NCBI GenBank assembly: GCA_013239625.1
Contig: MU053376.1
Location: forward strand, 1,908,507-1,972,506
Direction of reading: 5' to 3'
Length of the DNA: 64,000 nt
From: Lama guanicoe
Lineage: Eukaryota
Part shown: positions 1 through 12,639 of the stretch, piece by piece
How positions within the stretch are numbered: the stretch's first letter is position 1
Layout: each line of letters opens with the position of its first letter
The notes under the pieces: model-generated
Told to the model about the DNA's origin: nothing
Seen by the model: only the letters and a program-made list of their open reading frames with translations
Databases searched by the model: none
Made by a program: the position numbers and the translations under genes

Positions 1-454
1 CATCCGTTTTGTGACCCTTCGAGCATCTTTCTAAAAGGGAAATGAGCCTCGCTCTAACTCCCAGGACAGGTGTAGTTAGGATCTCAGCCTTGGCCAAGCA
101 TGAGCAAGGAGTCCACATGGCCTCAGGGATACTTTTCTGGGCGTGTCTGCTGATCCTGGATATGAACTCATGCATAAAAGACATTCCTTGCCAGGTTTTG
201 ATCTGACACTCTTCGGAAATGATGGAATGGTGATCTGCCAGTGGAGTTCAATGTCATGGCCAAGCTTGCTGTCCTAAGGGACAGTGTCCGAGATTTGCTC
301 TAAGAATATTCAGTGCAGAACTGAAATTTAGCCCATGCAAGTGGAGAAATGGAGACGAAGGAATCCTTCCTCCTTTTGGTGCCTCTTTATTGGGCTATTT
401 TCCCCTTAGCTGGCAGGATGGTATTCAGCGGGACATGCTGCTTTGGTGGGGGTT

Positions 455-590
455 CAATGTTTTTAATGAGATATAATTCACATACCATAAAATTTACCCT
501 TTTGAAGGGTATGATTCAGTGGGGTGTTTTTGTTTTGTTTTGTTTTTCCAGTATATTCACAAGATTGTGTAACCATCGATTCCATCTAGT
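455..590 (-). mobile_element. Old L1 (L1MB-like) 3' end fragment
   Basis: gagatataattcacataccataaaatttacccttttg...tatattcacaagattgtgtaaccatc...ttccagaa. Confidence 0.75.
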
Positions 591-2139
591 TCCAGAATGG
601 TGGGGTTAAATTTTGACTTGAATCTTTGAAAGAAATGCTTATCAAAGGTCAACTCTGATTCTCTTGTTGAACTTGTTCTAAAATTTTGGTCCCTTTTGCA
701 AGGGAAGCTGCAGTTTTTATTCAAGGGTCATTTAAAAAAAAACAATAGAGAAAGTGTCAAAGGGCCTTGAAATTTTCTTAGGCTGGTTACCTGGTATCTT
801 TTGCCTGTAACTGATGATTTTTAAATCTTTGGTCTTTTTTTTTTTTTTCCTATAGGTGAGATGGCTAGCTTATAGGTGGGGGCTTATCACAAATACCATG
901 GCTGTGTTTTAATAAATAATATTTAAAGCAAAAGCAATAAGACTGCTTTCTCTTCTTTCCACTTCTTATTAAACCATGCTTCATTAGGGGAGGGTTTGGG
1001 CCTTTTTTGTCCTCTGTCACCATCGCCTAGGACAGGGTCTGTATGTCATCCAGTAGGGGCTCAGTTAAGATTTACTGAATGAATGGGCTGTGTTAGGTGC
1101 CGTGGGGAGGTCATTTTTGGCATGTATCACCCCAGTTCATGGTGACCTTTGTACTTGGGCTTTCTGGATGGCCATGGAATTCGTTTACAGCTCTGAGATG
1201 TAGCTGCTTCTAGAAAGTGAGAGAACTCGGTTCCTTCCAGTGTAGTTCCAGGGAAAGAACCCACCAAGACCGCATCATCTCCAGCTCCCAGGAACTCTCC
1301 TCAAACCGTACGTTGGATTTGCAGTCCATGTATGTGTGTGCATACTGGCCTAAGCACAAGATGAAACTGTGAGGAATTCCTCCATGTTTTGATAAATTGC
1401 TCCTTTCTTCTTTCTGCCCTTGTAGTTTCTTGGTAGGCCAGGGTGCAGAGGGGCCTCCAGCCTGGGCACATGGCCCAGGCGTGCTGGCAGTCAGTGGCTC
1501 ATTGTTTCCTGCCCCTTATGAGGATGGACAGAAGACTGGGACTGGCACAGCTGCCTTCTTGGGGACCATTGTTTGTCTTTGCAGCAGCGGCAGCAAAAGC
1601 CTAAAGCCCTGGACAGAGCAGCCATTCTGTCTGGGAGCTGCAGGCCTGGGGATGGGGGTGGTTGGCGCCTCCCTTAAGAGTCTGTGCACAGGCTCTGAGG
1701 GTGGGAGCCAGGGTAGCTTCTCCTTGCAGGCGGATTGCCGGGGAGGGGAGATGCTCAGGGGTGCCGCATCACACATTAACCACAGTGGCAGGTGGAGTCT
1801 ATTAGCAGAAACTCCTTTTCCTGGATTGGAGTGGGGATATCACAGTCTCACTTCCTTCAGAGCTGCCCTGTAGAGTAGATCTAGGAAGCAGGAAGGGATC
1901 CAGCCCAGTTGTGGACTAGTCAAAACATGGGCTAGTTAGTGAGTCACTGGGCTACGCCAGACTTGACCCTGGGGTCTGAGTCATCGCCTCAGCTGGAAGG
2001 TGGGGAAGGGGACTCTCCAGGGGTGGGAGCCTGAGAAACAGTGACTTCCCCAGAAGTACCTCAGTGACTCCAGATTCTTGTTCTGTTTCTCTTGTTTCCC
2101 TGCCTCATTGTCAACCTCTTTGACAAGTCAAGGCAAACC

Positions 2140-2330
2140 TTCATTTGGCTTCAGCCCCACTTACACCTAATTGTGTGACATTTTGGTAAGTTACTTAACA
2201 AGTCATACTTCAGTTTTCTCATCTCTGGTCCATCAGGATAATTGGGGAAGCTTTATGGACATATTGTTAAGATTAAATGAGATAATATATCTAAAGGCCC
2301 ATCAGGGGTATTCAGTAAACACCAGCTCTC
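2140..2330 (+). mobile_element. MIR SINE
   Basis: Core gtgtgacattttggtaagttacttaac...cagttttctcatct...agattaaatgagataatat. Confidence 0.75.
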
Positions 2331-3417
2331 TTTCCTTCGGTGGCCCAGAGGGGGTGCCTGAGGATGGGGTGCACTTTGGGTAACAGGACCCACTCACTGA
2401 GGCACCAGAGGAGGTCAGGGTGGAATTCCATGCTGGCTGGATGCACCTTGGGGCTTCTTAGATTGATACATGTATCTTAAAGGCCTGCTATGAAGAGCTT
2501 GTTCCTCGGACAGGACAACCATGGAGTGGTCTACCTCTGGGACTTCATGGGTGTCATGGAAATTTGCTTAGCCCCCTCTTTTTTTGGCAAAAGTGGGTAT
2601 CACCTATTCTGCTGTGTTCTTTCTGCTCCCCTGGTTAGAGAAATTACCGAATTACAGGTAACTCAGAGAGGGCTGACAGCCTCATTGCCTATCCACATCC
2701 TCTTGCACATCTGTTACTAACTGGGTACCTGGAAAGCCTTTTTACCTTAAGATGCCCTGATTCTTATTTAATGGACAAGTTGTAAGTCATGTCAGTGAGC
2801 ACTGTAAAGTTCCTCTCCACCCAGTCTGCCCACTCCGTGGCTACCACTGCCAGCTACTACTTCTACCTGTCAAAGATGGAAGAGGGACAGCTGCCCAAGA
2901 AATAGTCGCGATAGGGCTGTTGCCTTTAAGAGTCCCAGAAATCCCTGGCAAGAACCAGATGCCTGACATGCCCTCTGCAGATCTCTCCCCTCAATACCCT
3001 TGTAANNNNNNNNNNNNNNNNNNNNNNNNNNNNNNNNNNNNNNNNNNNNNNNNNNNNNNNNNNNNNNNNNNNNNNNNNNNNNNNNNNNNNNNNNNNNNNN
3101 NNNNNNNNNNNNNNNNNNNNNNNNNNNNNNNNNNNNNNNNNNNNNNNNNTTGGTGGTTGGCACAGGGGAGGTGTGGGGGCGGGGGACAGAAGGTGAGAAC
3201 TACACTTACAGATCACCTGAGATCACCCATAAGGGACCAGATACTTGTGCTCCATCCTTATACCTGTAAAAACAGAAACAAAAATGAAGATGGGGAGAGA
3301 TTATGGGCCCCCTAGCTTCTCCAAGGCAAATCTCAATGTACCATTTGCCCATTGTTTCATAAAAGGAGTGGTTGGCAGACATCGTGGGTCTGCTTCTGAG
3401 TTTATTTGTGTGTGTGT

Positions 3418-4250
3418 TTTTTTTAATTGAAGTATAGTTAATTTACCATGTTTCAGGTGGACAGCAAAGTGATTAAGTCATATATATATATATATATGTT
3501 ATATATATATATATATATAAAAAACATAACATGTTATCTTTCAGATTATTTTCCGTTATATGTTATTACAAGATATTGAATATAGTTCCCTGTGCTATAA
3601 GTCGTCCTTGTTGTTTTATTTTATATATAATAGTGTGTCTGTTAATTCCAAATTCCCAATTTATTTCCGCCCCCCCTCCCATTTCCCATTTGGTAACCGT
3701 ATGTTTGTTTTCTATGTCTGTGAGCCTATTTCTGTTTTGTAAATAAGTTTATTTGTGTCATTTTTAGATTCCACATATAAGTGATATCCTCTGATATTTG
3801 TCTTTTACTGTCTGATTTATTTCACTTTGTATGATAATCTTTGGTTCCACCCATACTGCTGCAAATGGCATTGTTTCATTCCTTTTTATTTCATAACCTT
3901 TTATATGCCACATATATATATACCACATCTTTATCCAGTCATCTGTCAGTGAGCATTTAGGTCCATTGCTTCTATATTTTGGCTATCATAAATAGTGCTG
4001 CTATGAACATTGGGGTACATGTATCTTTTTTCTTTTTACTTTGCAAGGAAAGTATATATTTTTGCAAACATTTACACACCTTATTATATACCAGGCTACA
4101 CCTGTTGACTACTTCAATAAGAGAGGTGAATGTATCTTTTTGAATTAGAGTTTTTGTCTTTTCCGGTGCCCAGGAGTGGGATTGCAGGATGATATAGTAA
4201 CTCTATTTTTAGTTTTTTAAGGAGCCTCCATACTATTCTCCGTAGTGGCT
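3418..4250 (-). mobile_element. L1 3' end (artiodactyl/camelid-type), with (TA)n and an internal insertion
   Basis: T-tail followed by ttgaagtatagtt...gaatatagttccctgtgctata...tagattccacatataagtga...gctatgaacattggggt...ctccatact, the typical reverse-strand L1 3'UTR/ORF2 end. Confidence 0.9.
3479..3518. repeat. Interrupted (TA)n microsatellite within L1 3'UTR
   Basis: Read directly from the sequence. Confidence 0.9.
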
Positions 4251-5079
4251 ACATAGCTTCGTTTCTCGATTTGCTTTTGCTTTAATTGCAGCTCAGATGC
4301 AAACTCTAGATTCCGCACCCCCGATCCCATGCATTACAGAGCATAGGCAGAAACCCCACAACTCTACTGTTGGGGAATGGATTTGGAGCGTGTGTAAGGA
4401 GAGGCATAATAATACAGACACTCTTCTTCGTGGGATTGGAGTCACAGTCACAGCCTAAGGCATTGGAGCTGAGCAGGCTTGCGGGGTGGGGAGAAAAGGG
4501 GTGAAAGAAATGACTCCATTGTGACTCAGATGGGGATCGGGACGTCATTTCAGCGGGATATGCACTGCAAGCCTTCTCTGAGCTGAACAGCAGTCTGGCT
4601 CTGGCAGCTGCTTCCTGCGGGTGCCAGGTCTCGTCAGTAACTGATGCAGTATTGCATTTGTGGCAGATCTGGTTGTATCTGGAGCCTCCATTGCTGCAGT
4701 TCCACAGAGGGGGCCTGCTAGCCCTGTGGGAGGATTCTGGCTAGCCAGAAATCTGCCAGGCTAGCGCTCAACCAGAAATAGTTCTAGCTTTGACACAGCA
4801 GAGGCTCTGAGCATCGGCGAGGATGAAACAACAGAGATTTAAGTGCTGTTTGTTGGTGAAAATGTCAACTTCTTGAAGACTGATTTCCGTTCGGTGGTAT
4901 TGGAAACTGTGGAATCTGACTGACAGTGAATGGTTTGCTTGCCTAGAAGTCCGGGTGCTTGTTTCGTTCTTGATTTGCCATTATTTATTTGCCCTTGGGT
5001 AGGGCCCTTTCTGTCTCCCTTAAAATATCCTGACCCCTCGCCCTGCTTCATAAAGATGCAGAAAAACAGTTTGAAATCG

Positions 5080-5320
5080 TGGGAGAAAGTATGAAAAGTA
5101 GGGAGTTTGGGTCCTAAAGTCAAGCTTCCTGGGTTTGAATCCGAGCTCCACCACCTAGTAGCTTGGCTTCTTTAAGGGTCAGTTTTCTCATCTTTAAAAT
5201 AGGGATGAAAGCATTACCTACCTACCTGAAAGATGGCTGGGAGGCTGTCTGCCAGAAGAGAGCCCAAATTTTGACACTGTGCCGGAAACACAGTAAATTG
5301 CTCAATAAATGAATATTATT
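5080..5320 (+). mobile_element. MIR SINE
   Basis: cctgggtttgaatccgagctccaccacctagtagc...cagttttctcatctttaaaatagg...ctcaataaatg. Confidence 0.75.
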
Positions 5321-5576
5321 GTGTCTGAAGCAGTTTCTCTTAAATGATTTAGCAGATTCCTGGTTTCAGTGTTCTTTCAGGATCTGGAAAGACTTGGAGA
5401 GTTTTTGGTGGTGCCTCACATCACATGGCCAGTTTAGGTTTTTGTTTTTTTTTTTGAATTAAAGGCTTTATGTTCCCCCAGAGGACAAGGACGAACTAAA
5501 TGGAAGGGGTAAATGTCGGCATTATGGTTTTTCCCAGGGGTCTCTGTCTGACTGCCTCACCTGGCTTTTGTTGCAG

Positions 5577-5769
5577 AGATCCGCGCTCAGCTCACGGAGC
5601 AGATGAAATGCCTGGACCAGCAGTGTGAGCTCCGCGTGCAGCTGTTGCAGGACCTCCAGGACTTCTTCCGGAAGAAGGCTGAGATTGAGATGGACTATTC
5701 CCGCAACCTGGAAAAGCTGGCAGAGCGCTTCCTGGCCAAGACGCGTAGCACCAAGGACCAGCAATTCAA
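5577..5769 (+). CDS. SRGAP2: SRGAP2 second coding exon (F-BAR domain, about aa 23-87)
   Basis: Acceptor ctggcttttgttgcAG ends at 5576 and donor AA|GTAGGG starts at 5770. The 193 nt translate (phase 1) to (E)IRAQLTEQMKCLDQQCELRVQLLQDLQDFFRKKAEIEMDYSRNLEKLAERFLAKTRSTKDQQF(K), matching the SRGAP2 N-terminal F-BAR sequence as I recall it. CpG retention is high relative to the flanks. Confidence 0.97.
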
Positions 5770-5994
5770 GTAGGGACTCTGTGGCTGTTACTTTTAGAGC
5801 TCTTGGGAATAGGGTCTGGGTTGGAGGGAGGCAGGGTTTGCTACTGGGATCCAATTGTATTTATGAAACCCATGGCAACCCAGTGACTTCAGATAGGCTG
5901 AGGGTTGAGAGCCCTCAAGGACTTCTCTTTTTCCAGATCAGTGTTACATGCAATTTGACATCCTGGAGAGATCAAAATAGATAATGAACCGTGC

Positions 5995-6280
5995 TAATAA
6001 TAAGAGCAAATGCCTTTATAGCCCTTCCAATGTGCCAAGTGTGGTTCTGAGGGCTTTACATGTATGTTAACTCACTTAATCTTCACAACTCCATATGTTG
6101 GTTATTGTTATATCCTCAATTTACAGATGAGTACACTGAGTCACGAAACGGTTAAGGAACTTGCTCAAGGTCTCTCTCTCTCTGATGCACACACCCTAGT
6201 AAATAAACAGCAGAACCGGAACTCAAACCCAGGCAGTCTCTGACCCCAAAGTCTGTGTTCTTAACCATTTCACCAAACTG
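5995..6280 (-). mobile_element. MIR SINE
   Basis: cttaatcttcacaac...ttttacagatgagtacactgag...ggttaaggaacttgctcaagg...ctcaaacccaggcagtct. Confidence 0.8.
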
Positions 6281-6473
6281 TCTTTAACCAGAAGAAATGA
6301 ATGTTGTAGCTGTACATCTAAGTCACTGCACAGTCAGTTGCTAAGGTCACTTCCCTCTACATTTCCAGTATTTTATACCCCTGGCCTCTTCACTCTGTTC
6401 TCACTGACAGTGGCCTAGTTTAGATCTCCATCATCTTTGCCTGAATGGTTTCGGTACTTACTGTGTCATCTAC

Positions 6474-6652
6474 AGCAGAGGTTCTCAATCCTAGCTGCGC
6501 ATTAGAATTCCCTGGAGAACTTTTTAAACATACTAAAATCTGGGCCCCACTCCAGATCAATTAAATCAGAATCGTTGGGAGTGGGGCCTGGGTAACAGTG
6601 TGGAATAAAATCTTCCCAGATGATTCTAAGAAACAACCAGTGTTGAGGACCA
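6474..6652. mobile_element. MER5A-like hAT-Charlie MITE
   Basis: cagaggttctcaatcctagctgcgcattagaat...ccccactccagatcaattaaatcagaatc...ccagtgttgaggaccac terminal inverted repeats. Confidence 0.8.
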
Positions 6653-6659
6653 CATGCTG

Positions 6660-7380
6660 CAACTTCTCCCCATTCTAATCTGCCTGATCCACTGTTGTCA
6701 GATTTAGTCTTCCTGGATCACACTGGGGCATCAGGCAGTTTCTCTGTGCAGTGGTTCCCCACCATCTGTGTTCTTGATACTCAGGATGTGGTCTCCCAAT
6801 ATCAGCACCACCTGGAAGTTAGAAATGGAGAATCTCAGGTCCCACCGCCAGATCGGCTGCAACAAGATCCCCAGGTGATTTGTATGCACAATTAAGTTTG
6901 AGAAGTGCTGCTCTATGTGCAAAGGTGTGCGCTCCTTGGCTAGGTCTTCAGGCCCCTCCGCATCTGGCCTGACTAGCTTTCCAACCTCATTTCCTGTTTC
7001 TGCACCACTATACCGTAGCCAAAGGGAACACTAACTCCACTGGGCCTTTGCTTATCCTGTTATGTACAGTTTGGTGCCCATTCTTCACGTCTCTGCAAGT
7101 CAAAGCCATACCCATGTTATAAGACCCTTGGCAGATGCAACCTGTTTCAAGAAACTTTCCCGATTCTCCCGGAAGAGTATCTTCCTCTTCTCAATTCTTA
7201 CAGCATTTTTGTTGTTGTTGTTGTTTTATTAGGGCATCCAGCACTATCTGCTTTATGTTATCTTCCCTCAGTATAAGCTTTTCTGATTCATCTCTCAGTC
7301 TCTCACAGCACCTAATGTAATACGTAGTATGTAATAGATGCTCACTAAATATTATTGGAGGAGTAAATGAATGAGTGAAT
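6660..7380 (+). mobile_element. L2 3' region (interrupted by MER5)
   Basis: Ends with cagcacctaatgtaa...tagatgctcactaaatatt...gtaaatgaatgagtgaat, the L2 3' terminus. Confidence 0.65.
6748..6911. mobile_element. MER5-like hAT-Charlie MITE
   Basis: cagtggttcccc...atcagcaccacctggaagttagaaatg...aacaagatccccaggtgatt...aagtttgagaagtgctg. Confidence 0.75.
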
Positions 7381-8304
7381 TTAGGAATCAATGCCCAGTG
7401 TATCTTTTATTTCCCTCTATTTTCTGTTTTTGTTTATCGCCTTAATAATTTGGGACACAATTTATCCTTTACAGGCCAGCTCTGATCAATGAATATGGAG
7501 GCTAAGATTAAGGAGAACATATGACACTTTCACTCTAAGCCAGAATGAGAATTTCCTCCAGATGTTTTGTCCTCAGAGTCCCTTATCTTTTCCAAATCCT
7601 GTTCTCTTTATGATAAGCAATCCCGGGAGAATAGAATGTTATTTTAGTATGTGATAAATGATGATTGGGAGGAGGAATTATTTGCTTCAGAAAAATGATT
7701 CAAAATTGGATTTATTCTCTTGACAAACTCCTCCTAAGTTTAGAGTAGTAGTTGATTTTTAGTGCTTAAGGACATATTAGCTAAAAATTCATGTACAGAT
7801 GTACTGAATTGCTCTGATTAAGATCACATACAAAGAATAGGGTGTTTTCTCCAAGGCTGGAATAATTGGTTTCCCCTCTGATAAAGCTGGTACCTGGCCT
7901 CATTATCCCCAAACAGCCAGTAAGTATTTATTGAGAGCCAGATATGTACAGGTATTGGAAGATACAAGACAAGTTTATTGTGTGTATCCATAGGGAGCCA
8001 TGTCTGGTCGAGGAGAAAAGATTTTTAATCCAGGAAGTAATTAGAGGCTAAGGCAATAATGGTCTCATTAAGAGATCATTGGTTTTATGTGGAATATAGA
8101 TAAGAGGTCAGCAATAAATCCTCAGAGATAAAGGATCTGTAATAGTCAGGAGCGTTTTCATGAAGCAAGTGGAACTTAGGCTTTAAAGGCAGATTTGTGT
8201 AGGAGAGAGCAGCACGTGCAGGAGGGAGGAAGCAGGAATGTTCGGTGGTGAGGGAGTAAGGGGGGTGGTGAGAGATCCAGCTTCATTAAAAGGAAGGTTC
8301 ATGT

Positions 8305-9500
8305 GCATTCATTCAACAAATGTCCCATTGCACATTGCTTGAACTTCAGGCCAGACGTTGTCCCTTGGGATGTAACAGTGAACAAGCACCATCTTCCACG
8401 TGGCACTTACAACGTGTGAGATGAGTTAAGTGTTGCTAAACGAAAGGACAGAGGGCTATAAACACTCGTAGAGGGGGCTTCGCCACTCCTTTGGCTGTCA
8501 CTTTATGATGAGGTTACTATAATAGCTTCCTGTCTGATCTTTATCCTGAGTAGCAATCTACTTATTCAACAGACCCCTTTTAAATGGCTGCTGGGTACTG
8601 TGTTCTGTGCTGATTCCTACAGAGACTAAGATAAGCTCTGGAAACTTCACTAACAGGGAAAAGAGACATGTAAATAATATAATGTAAAAAGGGCTTTAAC
8701 AGAGGGATGAGCAAAATATTATGAGAACACGGATATTTTCCAAAGCAGTGGAAAATGAGGTTTAGATAAGTAGAACAGACACCAGGTGATGGTTCTTTGA
8801 TAGACAAGCAGGGGGATTTGGATTCGATGTGACCACATAGCAGTGAGCCCTCTGGGTTCTTACATGGAGAGAGAGACATGAGGAAAGATGGCAGAAGAAT
8901 GAATTTTTATGCCAGAAAAGGCCAAGGTGGAGGTTTCAGGGGTAATCCATGTACAACACGAGAGCAAAAAAGAATGGAGAAGAAGGAATACATTCAAGAA
9001 GTATCCAAGAAACTGAATAGGACGGGATACCGGCTTGTGTAAAGAATTCTAATGATCAGAGGTGACTCAGTATCTCTAACCTGGTGACCTGAAAGAACTG
9101 TGGCATCTATAACAGAAGTGGGGATGTTGTGGGAAGACCCGTTTTGAATAGTGAGCCTACTTTGGACACGTTGGGTTTGGGGCACTGGGAGGCTTTTGGG
9201 CATCCAGGTAGCGAGGGATGGGAATGACTAGAAATAAAGGGCAGGATCTGAAAAACAAAAGTGATTATGGAAGATATGAAATGATATGAACTCAGGAGAG
9301 AGAAAGAGAAGAACAAAGAGCTAAAAGCAGGACCCAAGGCTTGGGCACACCAATTCTAGGAAGTAGTCAAAGTTACCAGGAGGAGGCGAGGGGAGGGAAG
9401 GAAGAAGGGAACGGACGAAGGAGAGAGGGAGGTTTTTTTTAAAGCTCTTAAAAAGATGGAAGGTAAGGTGGAATCGTGTTGTCTGATGGAACTACGAGTC
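8305..9500 (-). mobile_element. L2 fragments
   Basis: cattcattcaacaaatg terminus and purine-rich L2 body motifs (gaggtgactcag...taacctggtgac, tttggacacgttgg). Confidence 0.6.
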
Positions 9501-9611
9501 TTTCAAGTAGATCAGTAAAGTTAAGCCCAGCAATTTCTTACTGCTGCTCTCCCAGGTATAAGGCATTGCGAGAGAGGCGAAGATGACTTAAATGAGCCCC
9601 AAACGAAAGAG

Positions 9612-9691
9612 CTGTATGAAGCATATGAAACTGCTGATTTTTGGAGGACAAAGATGGTGCCATAGTGGCAATTTCATGTGGTACAGCCTAA
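9612..9691. mobile_element. MADE2 mariner-derived MITE
   Basis: About 80-bp imperfect palindrome tgaagcatatgaaactgc ... ggcaatttcatgtggtacagcctaa, matching the MADE2 terminal repeat ttaggttgaaccatatgaaattgcc. Confidence 0.75.
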
Positions 9692-10304
9692 TGGAAGAGG
9701 TGATGAGACACGCACACAAATGCATTTAACACAGGCAAGATGGTTAATCAGGGAGAAGCTCAAAAACGGAGTCCAGGCAACATCCTCCTTTCATAGATAA
9801 TGTATTCCTGAACGTGTGTGGGAAAGTCAGATGGTTGAACGTCAGACCACAGTTTTACACGGAGTAGGGGGGCTCTCTTACTATAAATGTATATGTGAAA
9901 ATCTGGGTTATACCTCATCTGATAGACTTTTAGCATTCTGTATCTCGTCTGTAATTTTCTTCTTTTTGTCATAATTAAACTCATGTTCTGCCTGCTCAAG
10001 TCCAGTGAGCATCTCAGGCCTCCACGTGGCTGACGATCTGTAACCTTGTGTTGTTAATCCAGGGATGAGACTCTGCTTCTCAGCGTATCACTGGTAACAG
10101 TGCTTGCATTTTCCCACTTTCCACTCACCTCTGTGTTGCAGAAGGAACCAAGTCTCCGGATGTTTGCATGCACAAGCGTCACTGTAGGGACAGCCACGCG
10201 GGTGAAACTGAACTGGCCCTTGGCAGGCAGCACCATCAGGCCAGGCTCGAAATATTTGTTAGCAGCTGAAAACTGACATTTTTGGCCCAGGAAGGGCTTT
10301 TTAG

Positions 10305-10745
10305 GCATATCTGTTTTGGTTAGGATATAGGTTTGGCAGCTGTCATAGACCCAAATAATTGTATCTTACACAAGATAGAGGTGATTTTTTTTTCTATCGT
10401 GTTGTCATCTGGGTGTTAGCCATCCAGGGCTGTGTGGAGCTTCTGTAGTCCATCCCAAGAGTGTTGCCCTTGTCTGTGTGACCCAAGATGGCTTACTGTC
10501 ACTGTGTCCCCATTGTAGCCAGTGGGAAAAGTGAAAGGGCAAGGCGCAGGTACATCCTTCCCCTTTTCAGGTGCAGTCTGGGAGTGGCACATGTATCTCT
10601 TCAGCTCATATCCAACTGGCATGGTTACACTGAGCTGCAAGGGAGGCTGGGAAATGTGATTATTATTCTAGTGACCAGAAAGTAGAGTTCCTATTAATAT
10701 CGAAGGAGGGGAAACATGGTAGGGGACAATTATCAGCCTCTGCCG
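10305..10745 (-). mobile_element. Old MLT1 LTR (J/K/L-like)
   Basis: gttaggatataggtttggcagctg...cacaagatagag...ccaagatggct...ctgcaagggaggctgggaaatgt. Confidence 0.7.
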
Positions 10746-12639
10746 CATTGTCTGTGTGTGATGTTTGAGAAGGCAGGTGTATGAAAAACCATGGCCACTA
10801 TATAAAGTGCCATAAATGCACAGAGAAGTGAGGGCTTTACCGAGGTGAAGTTCTGTGCATGGGAAATGGAAAAATAAAAGTGCCGATGCAACGTATTTGG
10901 TTTTTAAGCTTAATTCAGTGGAGACAACGCAGACATTATAAAAGGAAGATAAAAAGATCGGAAGGAAGCATTTTAGGCAGAGAGAACGGTGTCAGGAAAG
11001 GCACAGAGTTGGGAAAAACAAAGCTGATAGGTTACTCAGCTGTTTTGCTGTAAAGAACAAGAGTAATAAATGTGACAAACACATCAACCTGGAAAAGTTG
11101 GTAATGGACCAGATTACAGTGGCCCCTGAATGCCAGATGACACGAGTTTGGGCTTTATTCTGCAAACATGGGAGAGCCATTGATAGTTTTTGAGCATAAT
11201 TATGGATGGCTGTGCTTTGGAAAGGTAACTATGGCAACAATGCATAAGATCAGTTGGAGCAGAGAGACTGGAGGGAGGAGACCTGCTAAGAAGGGATGGC
11301 AGTGGGCCTAAGGTTAATGTGGGCCTAGACTGAAGTCGTGCCCTGGGAAATGGAAAAGATGGATCAGACATGAGGGCAAGAAGCAACTGAAGTCAAGGAA
11401 GCTGGGACAGAGGAAGGGCTGTGGGTTTCCTGGGTCTCTGGAGTAGCAGTTGTACTGTATTTTCATTCAGCCAGAGAAGCGTAGCCTGGATTTCGCTGAC
11501 TCGAGGGCTGGTCCCTAGAATAGTTCATTCTCTGCCCAGAGCATCTCAGCGGGCACTCGTCACCTCCCCCGGAGCTGTAGCAGCTGTTGGCCCAGCAATG
11601 CCATGAATTTGTCTCCCTGTGCTGCCAGGAGAGCAGCTGCCAGCAGCAGCTCTGGACAGACGTGTCTCTGGGCCATGGAAACTATTCAACTTGGGATGGG
11701 GTAGTTGGCCAGGGCCGAAATTGGTCTACATGGCTTCGTCCCACCCTTTTCCAGGCCAGTTTCTCAACCTGGCTAGATTTCAGCCCCTCCTACTGGGTTA
11801 GGTTGGATATTTTTATTACAGTTTTAAGTGACCGCATTGAGGGACAAACGATGCCGAACTGCTATTTTCATCTCTGGGACAACTTCTTACCCTGGAAGCC
11901 ATTACTCTGTCACTCTTTGGCTTTGCTTCCTATTCTGCTTTTCTCCTGCTCACCTTTTGTCCTCTCCCACACTGCCTCAGTGCAAACACCTTCATTAAAG
12001 CTTACACCGCTCCGACTCCATTGCAAAGTCTGACCCTGTGGTCCACCCCCCGCTTCCTTCTGCAGATAGAACTATAGTGATTATTCGACTCTATCTGACT
12101 CTGCTTTATTTGAGATAGGTAATATGGCTTCCTCCATCCCTTTGAATTGTGGGAGGACCCTGTTAATGTCTGAAATTCTGTCTGCCTGGTTTGATGAACA
12201 GCAGAGATGTAGTACTGTGTGAGGGTAGGAAGTCTTCCTAGGGAAGACGTTCTTGCATTTTCTTTGGCTCCTTGAAGCGCCTATATGTATTCNNNNNNNN
12301 NNNNNNNNNNNNNNNNNNNNNNNNNNNNNNNNNNNNNNNNNNNNNNNNNNNNNNNNNNNNNNNNNNNNNNNNNNNNNNNNNNNNNNNNNNNNNNNNNNNN
12401 NNNNNNNNNNNNNNNNNNNNNNNNNNNNNNNNNNNNNNNNNNNNNNNNNNNNNNNNNNNNTCCTATTTTTAATAACTCAGTTCTTTCTTTTGAGGTAGGA
12501 TTTTTTTTTTCTGTTGCATTTTTAGAGGAATACTCCTACATTTCTATCCTACTGTGTTCCTTACAGAGACCTTCTGCTACTTCATAACCCACTGCCAACA
12601 TCTTTTCTGTCTTTCTTCTAGCTTTTCCTTCTCCTCAAC

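Noticed and set aside
1397-1873. 158-aa ORF
   Set aside because: Non-ATG start in GC-rich intronic DNA, no recognisable domain or splice context.
2870-3315. ORFs spanning N-runs (also at 12.3, 17.1, 27.0, 46.8 and 59.9 kb)
   Set aside because: Their length is an artefact of Ns lacking stop codons.
5522-5854. 110-aa minus-strand ORF (and + strand 5625-5984 ORF)
   Set aside because: These are the antisense and alternate-frame shadows of the GC-rich SRGAP2 exon, with no independent evidence.
11570-11660. CAGCTG E-box pair
   Set aside because: Only two sites in CAG-rich sequence, not distinguishable from chance without conservation data.
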